Notes: generated by a model not told the origin, from the sequence alone. A stretch of DNA of 64,000 bases from Halodesulfurarchaeum sp. (GCA_034520565.1 JAXHNL010000002.1:224001-288000), one strand, 5' to 3'; numbered from the stretch's first letter, positions 50,406 through 60,947 are shown. Translations and numbers: made by a program.

Positions 50406-51391
50406 GCGAGCCTGCAGAGGGGGACGAAACCGGACTGGGCGACGTCCTCGCGGTCGTCGAACACCGTCGTGGCGAACTCCGACCCGTGAGCCTCGAACTG
50501 CTCTCGGCCGGCAGCGAACTCGCAGCGGCGATGAATGGGGAGCTACACGTGGCCGTGATTGGGGGGAACGTGGAGAGTTTCGTCGACCGGCTCGACCGGA
50601 CGGGGGTCGACGCCATTCACACCGTCGCCGACGGCGCGGAGTTCGATCACGACGTCCTCGTCCAGACCGTCGACGCGCTCTGTGAGGCCCTCGACCCGAA
50701 CGTGTTGCTCACACCCCACACCGTCAACACGCTGGATTACGTGCCCGCAGTCGCCGTCGACCGGGACCTGCCACTGATCACCGACGTACACGCGGTGGGC
50801 ATCGAAGACGAACAGCTCGTGGCAACCCGCGGGTACTACGAGTCGAAGGTAACCGTCCCGGTCACCGCGAGGGAACTGCCCGTGGCGGTGACCATCCGCC
50901 CGGGGGAGTGGCCAGCCGCCGAAGGACACGGTCAGCCGGAGATCCGACCCTTCGAATTCGAGACGACGACGCCCGAACTCGACTCCACGGTCACGGGCTT
51001 CGAAGCGGCTACCGACGGTGACGTCGACGTGACGGCGGCCGACTTCCTCATCGGCATCGGCCGCGGAATCGGCGAACAGGAGAACCTCTCCGTCATCGAG
51101 GAACTGGCCCAGGCGACGGGGGCGACCATCGCAGCCTCCCGGCCGCTGGTCGACAAGGGCTGGTTCGAGACCGGACGACAGGTCGGCCAGTCCGGGAAAA
51201 CCGTCTCGCCGGACGTCTATCTCGCTATCGGCATTTCCGGGGCCGTCCAGCACGTCGCCGGGATCAAGGGGGCCGACACGATCATCGCCGTGAACACGGA
51301 CCCCAACGCGCCGATCTTCGACGTCGCCGACCAGGCGATCGTCGGGGACCTCTTCGAGGTAATTCCGGCACTCACCGATCGCGTGCGCTGA
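50402..51391 (+). CDS. etfA: Electron transfer flavoprotein alpha subunit
   Basis: GRG, ASRP, QVGQSGK, GISGAVQH, NTDPNAPIF. Confidence 0.94.
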   Translation: MSEPAEGDETGLGDVLAVVEHRRGELRPVSLELLSAGSELAAAMNGELHVAVIGGNVESFVDRLDRTGVDAIHTVADGAEFDHDVLVQTVDALCEALDPNVLLTPHTVNTLDYVPAVAVDRDLPLITDVHAVGIEDEQLVATRGYYESKVTVPVTARELPVAVTIRPGEWPAAEGHGQPEIRPFEFETTTPELDSTVTGFEAATDGDVDVTAADFLIGIGRGIGEQENLSVIEELAQATGATIAASRPLVDKGWFETGRQVGQSGKTVSPDVYLAIGISGAVQHVAGIKGADTIIAVNTDPNAPIFDVADQAIVGDLFEVIPALTDRVR

Positions 51392-51449
51392 GTGGGTTCC
51401 GGAGCCTGGCTCGCAATTCGTTTAAAGCGCCAGCGCAAACGTCCGGTAA

Positions 51450-52340
51450 ATGGAGTACGTCGAGACGCGCCGGGACGTCATCGAAAGCCGGCTCGACGAA
51501 GTCGTCTCGGCGGTCGAACCGGCCGAACTCGAGGCCGAACTGGCCCACGTCGTTCTCGCCGGCGGGAAGCGGGTGCGGCCGACGCTTACCCTGCTTTCCT
51601 GCGAGGCGGCCGGCGGCGCGGTCTGGCGGGACGGCAGCCCGAACGGGTCGGTCGGTCTCGGCCCGAACGGCGAGACCGCCCTCGACTTCGCGGTGGGAGT
51701 CGAACTCGTCCACAACGCCTCCCTCGTGATCGATGACATCATCGACCGCTCCGAACTCCGGCGGGGGAACGAGAGTGCCTGGGCCGCCTACGGTCACGGC
51801 CCCGCGATCGTCTCGAGCGACGGGTTGCTGGGCGAGGCCTTTGCCCTGTTTTCCGCCGATTCCCGCGCCCTCGAGTCGGTCTCGCGGGCCCTCGTCGAAC
51901 TGGGAGAAGGCGAGGCGGTCGAACTGGTCGACCAGCCCAGTTCCGAGGCCGAGTACATGGACCTGGCCCGCCGAAAAACGGGCGCACTCTTCCGGACCGC
52001 AGCCGAACTCGGCGCGATCGCGGCCGACGCCGACGCCGCGACGATCGACGCCTTCGGCGAGTACGCCGAGCGGGTCGGCATCGCCTTCCAGATCAGGGAC
52101 GACGTCCTCGACGCCGTCGCCGACGCCGAAGACCTCGGCAAGCCGACCGGTCACGACGACACGATGGACCGACCCTCCATCGTCAGGGTAACCGGCAAGG
52201 ACCCGGAGACGCTGACCGAACTGGCGCGTGCCGAGTCCGTAGCCGCACTCGCGGCACTCGATCGAGTGACGGACGGTGACCCCGAGGCGATCGGCTACCT
52301 CGAGGATCTCGCGGAGTTCGTCGTCGACCGGGACCGATAA
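51450..52340 (+). CDS. idsA: Polyprenyl diphosphate synthase (IdsA family)
   Basis: GGKRVRP, DDIID..RRG, RKTG, FQIRDDVLD. Confidence 0.9.
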   Translation: MEYVETRRDVIESRLDEVVSAVEPAELEAELAHVVLAGGKRVRPTLTLLSCEAAGGAVWRDGSPNGSVGLGPNGETALDFAVGVELVHNASLVIDDIIDRSELRRGNESAWAAYGHGPAIVSSDGLLGEAFALFSADSRALESVSRALVELGEGEAVELVDQPSSEAEYMDLARRKTGALFRTAAELGAIAADADAATIDAFGEYAERVGIAFQIRDDVLDAVADAEDLGKPTGHDDTMDRPSIVRVTGKDPETLTELARAESVAALAALDRVTDGDPEAIGYLEDLAEFVVDRDR

Positions 52341-52342
52341 AA

Positions 52343-53431
52343 TCAGGCTTTCGCGCCCCGGGCCTGCCGGTTTCTGGATTCGACGACAGCAAAAGCGAGC
52401 GTGCTCGCCACGCTAACCAGCGTCCCGACGGTGAGCACGCCGGCGAGCGTGGCGAGATCGACGTTGCCGAGGAAAAAGGCGCTCATCGTGTGCAAGATCG
52501 CTCCGATGGCGAGGATGTAAACCGGGGCGTTGAGGTACCGCCAGCGGAACCGGCCCGCGAGGAACTCGTCGGTGATCTGGCCCAGACTCGTCGTGAAGGC
52601 GGCCGCAGCGAACCACCGGACCGCTCCGAAGAAGAGCGCGGCGAGCATGGTTCCCACGTCCACCGCCTCGTCCACTCTGACCATATCGAGGGTGTCAATC
52701 CCCTCCACGCCGCCGACCACGAGCAGGGCCGCGGCCACGACGTAGGTGATGAGCGTGACGCGACCGGTGTAGAGGCTCCGTCTGGCGCGGGTGACCCACT
52801 CGTCGATCGCGTCCTCGAGGCCGAGTCCCCGGACGAGCGCGTAGAGACCCAGCGCCCCCGAACCAAGTCCCAGGACCGACCCCGGGAGCCCCACCATGTC
52901 CGCCAGAATTGCGAGCGGATAGATCAGGAGAAGGACCCCGAGCGGGACGAGAATCGTCCCGCGGGTCTCGGGGTCGTCGAGGACCTGTTTGATCGTGTAG
53001 TACATCGATTCGAGGTCCTGGGCCTGCCTGACGACCACCCGGCGGACGGAGTCGATCTGAACTCGCGAGCGGATGACGGGGATCACGCTCTCGTCCTGGG
53101 CGCCATCGGAGACCACGATTGCCCTGACGGCCTCCGCTGCCTGCAGGGTCGCGAGCACCTGATCGAGTTCCCGGCCGACCGCCCTGTTTGCGGCCACGTC
53201 GCCACGCTCCTCGCCGGTGACGGCGGCGACTTCGACGGCCTCGCCCTCGCCCGCGAACCGGTCGTGGAGGTGGACCCCCTCGAAGAGCACGTTGACATCG
53301 CTGTCCTCGGGGTCGGCCTCGGCCAGGGAGACGGCGGCGTGCTCGATCTCGTTCCGACCGACGACCGGCGTCGGAATGCCGGTCTTCCGACCGAGGTCGT
53401 CGTCGAGGTCCACACACAGGACCAGCAGCAT
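52343..53431 (-). CDS. DUF373 family membrane protein
   Basis: CVDLDDDLGRK, DPEDSD, DGAQDE, VVRQA; C-terminal TM helices. Confidence 0.88.
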   Translation of the reverse strand: MLLVLCVDLDDDLGRKTGIPTPVVGRNEIEHAAVSLAEADPEDSDVNVLFEGVHLHDRFAGEGEAVEVAAVTGEERGDVAANRAVGRELDQVLATLQAAEAVRAIVVSDGAQDESVIPVIRSRVQIDSVRRVVVRQAQDLESMYYTIKQVLDDPETRGTILVPLGVLLLIYPLAILADMVGLPGSVLGLGSGALGLYALVRGLGLEDAIDEWVTRARRSLYTGRVTLITYVVAAALLVVGGVEGIDTLDMVRVDEAVDVGTMLAALFFGAVRWFAAAAFTTSLGQITDEFLAGRFRWRYLNAPVYILAIGAILHTMSAFFLGNVDLATLAGVLTVGTLVSVASTLAFAVVESRNRQARGAKA

Positions 53432-53598
53432 CGGGCGACTCTACGGGTGGGTTCGGGTAAGAACCTTCGGCCCGAAGCCGATTGGACAGGCCGGCCGGAC
53501 GGGAGCAGACGGCAAGTCCGAACCGACGGTTCGAGGACCTCCTCGGCCCGAGCACCGCTACCGGGCCGCTTTTGGGGCATCGTCTCCAAACCCGGCCA

Positions 53599-54594
53599 AT
53601 GATCTCGGAGGGGTGTGAGCAGTGTGCGATCGGCGGCAAGCTCGTGCTCTTTGTCCACGGATTTTGCGAGCGCCGCGACTGCTTTTACTGCCCCCTCGGC
53701 GAGAACCGGAAGAACGTCGACACGGTCTTTGCGAACGAGCGGCCCGTCGAACGCGACGAGGACGTCCTCGAGGAGGCCCGCAAGATGGACGCGATGGGCA
53801 GTTCGATCACGGGCGGGGAGCCCCTCGAATCGATGGACCGGACGACCCACTACATCCGGCTTTTGAAAGACGAGTTCGGCGAGGACCACCACGTTCACCT
53901 CTACACGGGTATCACGGGCGACCGCGAGACGATGCGGGAACTGGCCGACGCCGGTCTCGACGAGATCCGCTTTCACCCGCCGATCGGACTCTGGGGGAAC
54001 CTCCACGGGACCGACTGGGAAGACATCCTCTACGTGGCCCGCGAGGAGGGACTCTCCCCGGCCTTCGAGATTCCGGGAATCGAACCCGAGCCGGAGTTCC
54101 TCGAGTTCATCGAGGAGGGGGCCGCGGAGTTCGTCAACGTCAACGAGTTCGAGTTGAGCCAGGGGAACTACCGCCGGATGCACGACCAGGGGTACGCCCG
54201 CCGGGAGAACCACATGAGCGCCGTCGAGGGCAAATCGGAGGGGGACCTGGCCGAACTCGTCGCCCATCCGAAGGTGTACTTCTGCACGAGCACGTTCAAG
54301 GACGCCGCCCAGCACCGAAACCGCCTCCGACGGACCGCCGAAAACGTCCGCCGACCCTTCGAGGAGCAAACCGACGACGGGACGCTGGTCTACGGCGTCA
54401 CTGACGTCGACCCGTCGCGGCTGGACGAGTTGGGCGTCCCCGAAGAGTTCTACGCCGTGACCGACGAGCGGATCGAGATGGCCTGGTGGCTCCTCGACGA
54501 GATGGTCGAGGAGGGGGACGTCGAAAGCGGGGCCGTCATCGAGCAGTACCCCACCTGGGACGGCCAGGTGGTCGAACGGACCCCGCTGGGTTGA
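53599..54594 (+). CDS. Radical SAM protein (archaeal family of unknown function)
   Basis: GCEQC..GKLVLF, CERRDCFYC, ITGGEP, LDEIRFH; start at 53599. Confidence 0.88.
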   Translation: MISEGCEQCAIGGKLVLFVHGFCERRDCFYCPLGENRKNVDTVFANERPVERDEDVLEEARKMDAMGSSITGGEPLESMDRTTHYIRLLKDEFGEDHHVHLYTGITGDRETMRELADAGLDEIRFHPPIGLWGNLHGTDWEDILYVAREEGLSPAFEIPGIEPEPEFLEFIEEGAAEFVNVNEFELSQGNYRRMHDQGYARRENHMSAVEGKSEGDLAELVAHPKVYFCTSTFKDAAQHRNRLRRTAENVRRPFEEQTDDGTLVYGVTDVDPSRLDELGVPEEFYAVTDERIEMAWWLLDEMVEEGDVESGAVIEQYPTWDGQVVERTPLG

Positions 54595-54621
54595 ATCGGG
54601 GACGACGGAAAGAAAATCGGA

Positions 54622-55671
54622 TCAGAAGATCGTCGCATCCCGGTAGACGGAGATGCCCTCGTTGGTGATCTCGTAGGGTTTCGTCTCCCGGGCGTGATTC
54701 GCGTCTCGGATCTTCTGGATCTCCACGGCCAGACGGGTCTCCTGGAAGTCCTCCGGTCGGATGTACTGGAGGATGAAGACGCCGTCGGTGAGGTACTCGA
54801 TGATCCCGAAGCGGGACGCATACGCCGTCTCCGAGGAGGCCTCGCTCGTCACCAGGGTCGTGACGCCAGCCTCCTTCAGCGAGCGGGCGAAGTCGTAAAT
54901 CTCGGTCCGGCGGGTGGCCTGCTCGTCGTACATCATCTCGAGCAGCGACACCGAGTCGAGTGCCAACCGTTCGGCCCCGAAGTTTTCGACGAGCCGGGGC
55001 AGTTCGCTCCGGATGCTCGTCAGACTGTTTGCCATGTCCACGGGGTCCAGATCGAGAATAGCCAGGTCCCCGTCGGCTTCCGCGCCTTCGAAATCCCAGC
55101 CTTTCTGCTGGGCGCTCTTGTAGATCCGTTCCCGGCTCTCCTCGAGCGTGATGTACACCCCCTTTTCACCCGATTCGAGGGCCCCCTGGATGAACTGGAG
55201 GGCGAAGGTCGTCTTGCCCGTGCCGGCCCCACCGATGACCGCAAGTAGCGAGCGTTCCGGAATTCCCTCCTGGATCATCGCGTCCAGACCCTCGATACCG
55301 ATCTTCAGGCGGGGGATTTCGGCATGATAAGTCTCCTCCTCGAAGCCGCTTGCATCCCCGCCCATGTCGAACCCGAAGCTCTCGCCCTCGTCGAGGTCGA
55401 TATCGAGGGGCGCTTCGCCCTCCTCGAATTGCTGGGAGTCGACCGGTTCACCGCCCGTCCCGGTTTCGGGCTCGGTTTCGGGTTCCTCGCCTGCCGGACT
55501 GGGCCCCGGATCCGCCCCAGCGCCGGTGTCCGATTCGGCCGCGTCCTCCAGTTCCGCCATGGCTGCCTCCCAGTCTGAATCTTCTTCCTCCGGTCGGTCC
55601 TCGTCCTCCGTGGACTCGTCAACCGCCCGCTCGAACCAGTCTCGTTTTTCGTCCTCGTCGTCTTCAGCCAT
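54622..55671 (-). CDS. Single-domain KaiC-like ATPase with acidic N-terminal region
   Basis: GGAGTGKTT, TLEE, LDSVS, EYLTDG, QKIRD; start at 55671. Confidence 0.9.
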   Translation of the reverse strand: MAEDDEDEKRDWFERAVDESTEDEDRPEEEDSDWEAAMAELEDAAESDTGAGADPGPSPAGEEPETEPETGTGGEPVDSQQFEEGEAPLDIDLDEGESFGFDMGGDASGFEEETYHAEIPRLKIGIEGLDAMIQEGIPERSLLAVIGGAGTGKTTFALQFIQGALESGEKGVYITLEESRERIYKSAQQKGWDFEGAEADGDLAILDLDPVDMANSLTSIRSELPRLVENFGAERLALDSVSLLEMMYDEQATRRTEIYDFARSLKEAGVTTLVTSEASSETAYASRFGIIEYLTDGVFILQYIRPEDFQETRLAVEIQKIRDANHARETKPYEITNEGISVYRDATIF

Positions 55672-55804
55672 GTCCCGAGGTCTCCTTCGTTTTCCCTCCG
55701 GCTGGTTCGCCCAAGTACCTTTCCCGTCTTTTGTGGCTTCGGGTGATCCCGTTGCGGTCGGAACGGGTGGCGCCATTTTTGTAGCGGCGGCCCACACTCC
55801 CGGT

Positions 55805-56626
55805 ATGATCGTGGGAATCGTCGCCCAGCGGGACAACGAGCGGGCCGTCGATCTCGCCGCAGCGGTCGCGGATCGACTCACAGCGGGGGACACGACCGTT
55901 CGATGTGACGAGCGGACGGCCGGGGAGATCGGAATCGCGGGCTGTCCCGTCGACGAAATGAACGAGTGTGATCTGGTCGTCTCGATCGGCGGGGACGGAA
56001 CGTTCCTGTTCGCCGCTCGCGGGCCCGGGTCGACGCCGGTCCTGGGGGTCAACCTCGGGGAAGTCGGTTTTCTCAACACCGTCTCACCCGATAACGCCGT
56101 CGAGACCGTCGAGCAGGAGGTCGGCCAGTTCCGGGAGACGGGGACCATCAGTCACCGGGAGGTGCCGCGGGTCCAGCTCGCCGGTCCGAACTGGGCACTC
56201 TCGCCTGCGCTCAACGAGGTACTCGTGCAGGGCCACCGCCGCGGCCACGCCGACGGTCTCGATATGGAGATCTGGGTCGACGGGTCGACGTACGATTCGT
56301 TTCACGGCGACGGCCTGCTCGTGGCGACGCCGACGGGAAGCACGGCGTACAATCTCAGCGAAGGCGGCCCGCTCGTCCATCCCCGGATTGACGGCTTCGT
56401 GGTGACACCCATGGCCGGACGGGAGGCGATGCCGCCCTTGCTGATCCCGGGAAACGCCGACATCGAGATCGACGTCTCGGGTGCGGAGACGGCGGTCGTC
56501 ACGAGCGACGGATCGGAGCACCGCGAGATCACGCCACCGACAACAGTCACCGTTTCCGCGGCCGAGCCGGCGAAGGTGGCCGGACCGGGGGCGGCGTTCT
56601 TCGAGGCGCTTGGCAAGCTGGAGTGA
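55805..56626 (+). CDS. nadK: NAD(+) kinase
   Basis: [29 protein letters not shown]. Confidence 0.93.
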   Translation: MIVGIVAQRDNERAVDLAAAVADRLTAGDTTVRCDERTAGEIGIAGCPVDEMNECDLVVSIGGDGTFLFAARGPGSTPVLGVNLGEVGFLNTVSPDNAVETVEQEVGQFRETGTISHREVPRVQLAGPNWALSPALNEVLVQGHRRGHADGLDMEIWVDGSTYDSFHGDGLLVATPTGSTAYNLSEGGPLVHPRIDGFVVTPMAGREAMPPLLIPGNADIEIDVSGAETAVVTSDGSEHREITPPTTVTVSAAEPAKVAGPGAAFFEALGKLE

Positions 56627-56687
56627 TCGGAGCCCGTTCGACCGCAATGGAAAGGGTAAACGTGGGGAGTCCCCAAGCGGGGGACAC

Positions 56688-57620
56688 ATGAGTCACGAGC
56701 TTCCGGACGTGCAGGCGTCCGAGCCGGACGTAACCGTGGGACTCGAACGGGTCGGTGTCACCGGGGTCGAAAAACTCGTCAAGATCGGCCGCACGAGCGG
56801 TCGACCGCTCGTGTTGATGGCCGAGTTCGAGGTTTACGTCGACCTGCCCCGCGGGCGCAAGGGGCTGGACATGTCCCGGAACATGGAGGTCATCGACGAG
56901 ACCCTCGAGGACGCGGTGAGCGAGCCCATTTATCGGGTCGAAGAGATGTGTGGCGAAGTCGCCGAACGCCTCCTCCAGAAACACGAGTACACCACGAAGG
57001 CGATGGTCAAAATGGAAGCCGAGTACATGATTCGGGACGAGACGCCCGCCACCGAGCGTCCGACCCAGGGTCACGTGGACTTCCTCGCGAGCGCCACGGC
57101 CATGGAGGGCGAGGAAACCCGCGAGGAGATCGGCGCTCGGGTCACCGGCATGACCGTCTGCCCGTGTTCGCAGGGCATGATGGAAGAACGCGCCCGCGAG
57201 AAACTCGAAGATCTCGAGGTCGATCCGGTTGCAGTCGACGAGTTCCTCGATGAAGTCCCCCAGGCCGGCCACTCCCAGCGCGGCCATGCCACGTTGACTG
57301 TCGAAGCGCCCAGCGACCCGGAAGTCGACTTCCGGGACCTCGTCGAAATCGCCCGTGACGCCATGAGCGCCCGCATCTACAACATGGCAAAGCGGCCGGA
57401 CGAGGACCACATGACCTACCAGGCTCACGTCCACGCCCGCTTCGTCGAGGACTGTGTCCGATCGATGGCCGAGCAGGTCGTCGACACCTGTGATACCGTC
57501 GACGACGACGCGATCATCACGATGAAACAGGAAAACGAGGAGTCGATTCACCAGCACGACGCCCACGCCGAGCGGATCGCCGCGATGGGCGACCTGCGAG
57601 AGGAAGTCAACGGCGACTGA
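56688..57620 (+). CDS. mptA: GTP cyclohydrolase MptA (FolE2 family)
   Basis: [41 protein letters not shown]. Confidence 0.94.
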   Translation: MSHELPDVQASEPDVTVGLERVGVTGVEKLVKIGRTSGRPLVLMAEFEVYVDLPRGRKGLDMSRNMEVIDETLEDAVSEPIYRVEEMCGEVAERLLQKHEYTTKAMVKMEAEYMIRDETPATERPTQGHVDFLASATAMEGEETREEIGARVTGMTVCPCSQGMMEERAREKLEDLEVDPVAVDEFLDEVPQAGHSQRGHATLTVEAPSDPEVDFRDLVEIARDAMSARIYNMAKRPDEDHMTYQAHVHARFVEDCVRSMAEQVVDTCDTVDDDAIITMKQENEESIHQHDAHAERIAAMGDLREEVNGD

Positions 57621-57692
57621 TCGTACGGGACCGATCCGGTCCTCCCGAAACGGGGCCGAAGGGTTATACCGACCAGGACGCTACGAACAGCC

Positions 57693-58265
57693 ATGTTGCG
57701 ATGGCTGTTGCTGGGGTTGTTGCTTATTCCCCTCGCCGACATCGCCTTGCTGGTGGTCGTCGCCGGGTCGATCGGGTGGGTGCCGACGGTCGCGCTGGTC
57801 GTCCTGACGGCCTTGCTCGGAATGCTCTTCGTCCGGGCCGAGGGCCGGCACACGCTCGGGAAGATCCAGCAGTCTCTCGCTCGCGGGGACCTGCCGACGA
57901 ATCAGGTGATCGACGGGGGCCTGCTCATCGCCGCCGGGGCCTTTCTCCTCACGCCGGGACTGGTCACGGACGCGGTCGGCTTCCTGATCGCCGTCCCGAT
58001 CACGCGCATTCCGATCAGAGTTCTGCTCAAACGCTACGTCATTACGCCAGCGATCGACCGCCAGACCGGTGGGTTCGCCACCGGTCGAATTTACATGGAC
58101 GGGTTCCCCAGCGATGGGAGTCCTGGCAACGGCCCGACCGGGCCGGGCGGCCCCCGAACACCCGGACCGGACCCGAACGGTGGGGCTGGCGGATCCGGTC
58201 AGGGGACGACCGTCGATCTGGGGCCCGAGGACTACGACGTGTCGGTCGAGGACGAGCGGTCGTGA
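57693..58265 (+). CDS. fxsA: FxsA family membrane protein
   Basis: LLIPLADI..., LLTPGLVTDAVG; Gly/Pro-rich tail. Confidence 0.88.
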   Translation: MLRWLLLGLLLIPLADIALLVVVAGSIGWVPTVALVVLTALLGMLFVRAEGRHTLGKIQQSLARGDLPTNQVIDGGLLIAAGAFLLTPGLVTDAVGFLIAVPITRIPIRVLLKRYVITPAIDRQTGGFATGRIYMDGFPSDGSPGNGPTGPGGPRTPGPDPNGGAGGSGQGTTVDLGPEDYDVSVEDERS

Positions 58266-58346
58266 GTCGGTTTTTTCCCTCGAAACACCTCGCCTGCAGT
58301 CGAAAGGAAACCCTTTTAGTCGGCAGCGGGCAATCCGCAGTTGTCA

Positions 58347-58420
58347 GGGCCAGTAGCTCAATTAGGTAGAGCGCCACTCTGATAAGGTGGAGGCTTGCGG
58401 TTCAAATCCGCACTGGCCCA
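58347..58420 (+). tRNA. tRNA-Ile(GAT)
   Basis: GGGCCAG/CTGGCCC acceptor; anticodon arm CCACT-CTGATAA-GGTGG; T loop TTCAAAT; upstream BRE/TATA-like GAAACCCTTTTAG. Confidence 0.96.
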
Positions 58421-58586
58421 CTTCTGGATGACTCAAACCAGGAAGCGACCAGCTTGCTGTGTCGCTTCCTGTTTGATCAGCGGTCTGAAGTGGGTGCTGC
58501 GGATTTGAACCCGGAAGACGTAGCCCGCGAAGCCGAACGAAGTGAGGCGAGCAGGACCGTCTTCATTCGGTTCAAAATCGCACTGG
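58421..58586. repeat. tRNA-Ile(GAT)-associated nested palindromic element
   Basis: Same 21-mer (58445-58465) as at 20846; inverted tRNA copies 58487-58494 and 58498-58511; direct 17/19 copy 58568-58586. Confidence 0.8.
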
Positions 58587-58781
58587 TGTAGTCGCTGCCG
58601 AAGGTCCCGACTCTCCGGCCGGAAGGCAGGTGTATTTGCCTTGCAGTCTTTCGCACAGGCACCCCGTGTCCCTCGCTCCCACAGGATTCCGAAAAACCAG
58701 CCTCGCCGGAACTAACCACGAAATCAGGCCCCACAGATGCACCGATCCCTGAAGGGTCGGACGTCCCGGGTTGGAGCGCAC

Positions 58782-60947
58782 CTATCCCGATCCGAACTCC
58801 ACGCCGGTGAACTCGAAGCGGGCCCCGCCGGTCTCGCCCTCGGTGATCGAGACGTCCCAGCCGTGGGCCTGTGCCACCTGTTTGACGATACCCAGCCCGA
58901 ATCCAGTCCCACATTCGCTGGTGGAGTAGCCCGCCTCGAACACGTCAGTGCGATCCGATTCGGGGATTCCAGGACCGTCGTCTTCGACGTAGAAGCCATC
59001 CTCGAGGGACCCAACGGTGACGGTTACGTCGTCGCCGGCGTGTTCGACCGCGTTCCGGAGCAGATTTTCGAGGAGCTGAGACAGTCGATCGCGATCGGCA
59101 TGGAAGGGCGAGGGTCGACTCTCGTCGGTTACAAACCGTAGCTCGGCCCCCTCCGCGCTGTCCGCGACGAGGTCCCATGCCGATTCGACGACGTCCCGTA
59201 TCTCGACCGGCTCCGTCGAACCGATGTCCCGCCCCTCACGCGCCAGCCAGAGCACGTTCTCGATAATCGCCGTCATTCTGTCGAGGGCCGTCTCGATCTG
59301 ATCGAGATGCTCGCTGTCACACTCCTCGCGAACGAGTTCCAACCGTCCCTCCGCGACGGTGAGCGGGTTCCGGAGGTCGTGGGAGACGATACTGGCGAAC
59401 TGTTCCAGACGTTCGTTTTGGCGCTCGAGGGCGTTTCCCTGGGTTCGTTGGTCAGTGATATCCGAAATCACGGCGACGACTTGCTCGACGTCCCCCTCGC
59501 TGGTCGTCAGCGGCGTCGCGTTGATCGAGAGCCATCGCGTTTTTCCGCTTGGCCACTTGATCCCGTGTTCGTAGTCGGTGATCGTCTCGCCCGTGGCCAG
59601 CACTCTCGCAAACGGGAGTTCCTCCCCCGGAATCGGCTCGCCGTCCGCGTCGATAATGCGCCACTCCGGGTCGTCGTACGTCCGCTTGGTGATTTCCGAT
59701 TCGGTGAGCCCCAGTGCACTCTCTGCCTGTCGGTTTGCGCGCGTGATCGTTCCGTCAGTATCGAGCACCGTGACCCCGACAGGGAGCATTTCGAACAGTT
59801 TCGAGAGGAGCGTGTTCTTCTCCTCGAGTTCGTACTGTCGCTCGAGCTGCTCCGTCACTTCGACGAAGTAGAAGGCGATCCCGCCAACTTCGGTGGGATA
59901 GGCCGTGATGTCGAACCAGCCATCGAGTTGTGAGAAGTACTCGACGAATGAGGTCGGTTCTCCTGACTCCATGACCCGGCGGTATTCTTCCTCGAATCGG
60001 GTATCCCTCGCCGCCTCGAAAACGTCCCAGAAATTCCGACCGACGAGGTCCGCCTCGGCCATGTCATAGAGGTCCTCGGCCTGTTCGTTAACGACCGTAA
60101 ATCGCCAGTCTGCATCGACCTCGACGATGGCATCGGTCACCCGCTCGATGATTTGCTCGCGTTTGTGTTCCTGGGTTTTGCGCTCGATGAAGTCACTCGC
60201 CAGCGTGACCAGAATATCGAGCAGATTTCCCTCTTCCGTGAGAAACGGGCCCTCGTCTGCGGCGGGCCGATCCTCGAGATAGACGACTTCGAGTGTGACT
60301 GGTTTCCCATCCGCCGTCGTCGTTCGTGACGTCAGTCGGGTCTCGGTTGGAACGAAATTCGGAGTCGAGACTTCGGAGTCCCGATACCCGAGTTTCGCAG
60401 CCGTGATTTCGGGGTACTGGAACCCCGGGGGTATCCCCTCGACGAACTCCCGAAGTACCGCTTCCATCGGTTCATCGATCCGGACGAGGGTTCGGGTGGC
60501 CCGTTGAATCGCGGACAACTCTTTGACGCGTTCTTCGAGGGTTCGCTCGTACTCCTTGCGGGCGGTGATGTCTCGAAACTGGCAGTGTGTCCGAACGAAA
60601 TTCCCCCGGTCGTCGTATTCGATCGTCCCGTCAAACGAGACGACGATCGGACTGTCCTCACCACGAATGAGCTCAAATTCGACGTTCGAAACCGCACCAC
60701 GGGTCTTGAATTCATCGAAATGGGACGCGAACGTCGACTGCGACTCGTCTGTCAGTATGTCACCGAACCACCGGCCGATGACGTCCTCGCGGTCGTATCC
60801 CAGGGCCTCGAGCCAGGCGTCGTTGACGGAGATGATCGTCCCGTCGGCATCAAGCGACTGGTATGGATGTGGAGCAAACGACTGGGGAATCACACCAGAA
60901 TCCGAATGGTCGCTCAAATTACTGTCAGCAGATCCGTCCATACGCAA
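58782..60947 (-). CDS. PAS-domain sensor histidine kinase
   Basis: PAS, ERVKEL..FQYP..EGPFL segment, two further PAS, SHDLRNPL, NAVEH, DDGPGI, GTGFGL; start uncertain (60947 or 60941). Confidence 0.9.
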   Translation of the reverse strand: MRMDGSADSNLSDHSDSGVIPQSFAPHPYQSLDADGTIISVNDAWLEALGYDREDVIGRWFGDILTDESQSTFASHFDEFKTRGAVSNVEFELIRGEDSPIVVSFDGTIEYDDRGNFVRTHCQFRDITARKEYERTLEERVKELSAIQRATRTLVRIDEPMEAVLREFVEGIPPGFQYPEITAAKLGYRDSEVSTPNFVPTETRLTSRTTTADGKPVTLEVVYLEDRPAADEGPFLTEEGNLLDILVTLASDFIERKTQEHKREQIIERVTDAIVEVDADWRFTVVNEQAEDLYDMAEADLVGRNFWDVFEAARDTRFEEEYRRVMESGEPTSFVEYFSQLDGWFDITAYPTEVGGIAFYFVEVTEQLERQYELEEKNTLLSKLFEMLPVGVTVLDTDGTITRANRQAESALGLTESEITKRTYDDPEWRIIDADGEPIPGEELPFARVLATGETITDYEHGIKWPSGKTRWLSINATPLTTSEGDVEQVVAVISDITDQRTQGNALERQNERLEQFASIVSHDLRNPLTVAEGRLELVREECDSEHLDQIETALDRMTAIIENVLWLAREGRDIGSTEPVEIRDVVESAWDLVADSAEGAELRFVTDESRPSPFHADRDRLSQLLENLLRNAVEHAGDDVTVTVGSLEDGFYVEDDGPGIPESDRTDVFEAGYSTSECGTGFGLGIVKQVAQAHGWDVSITEGETGGARFEFTGVEFGSG

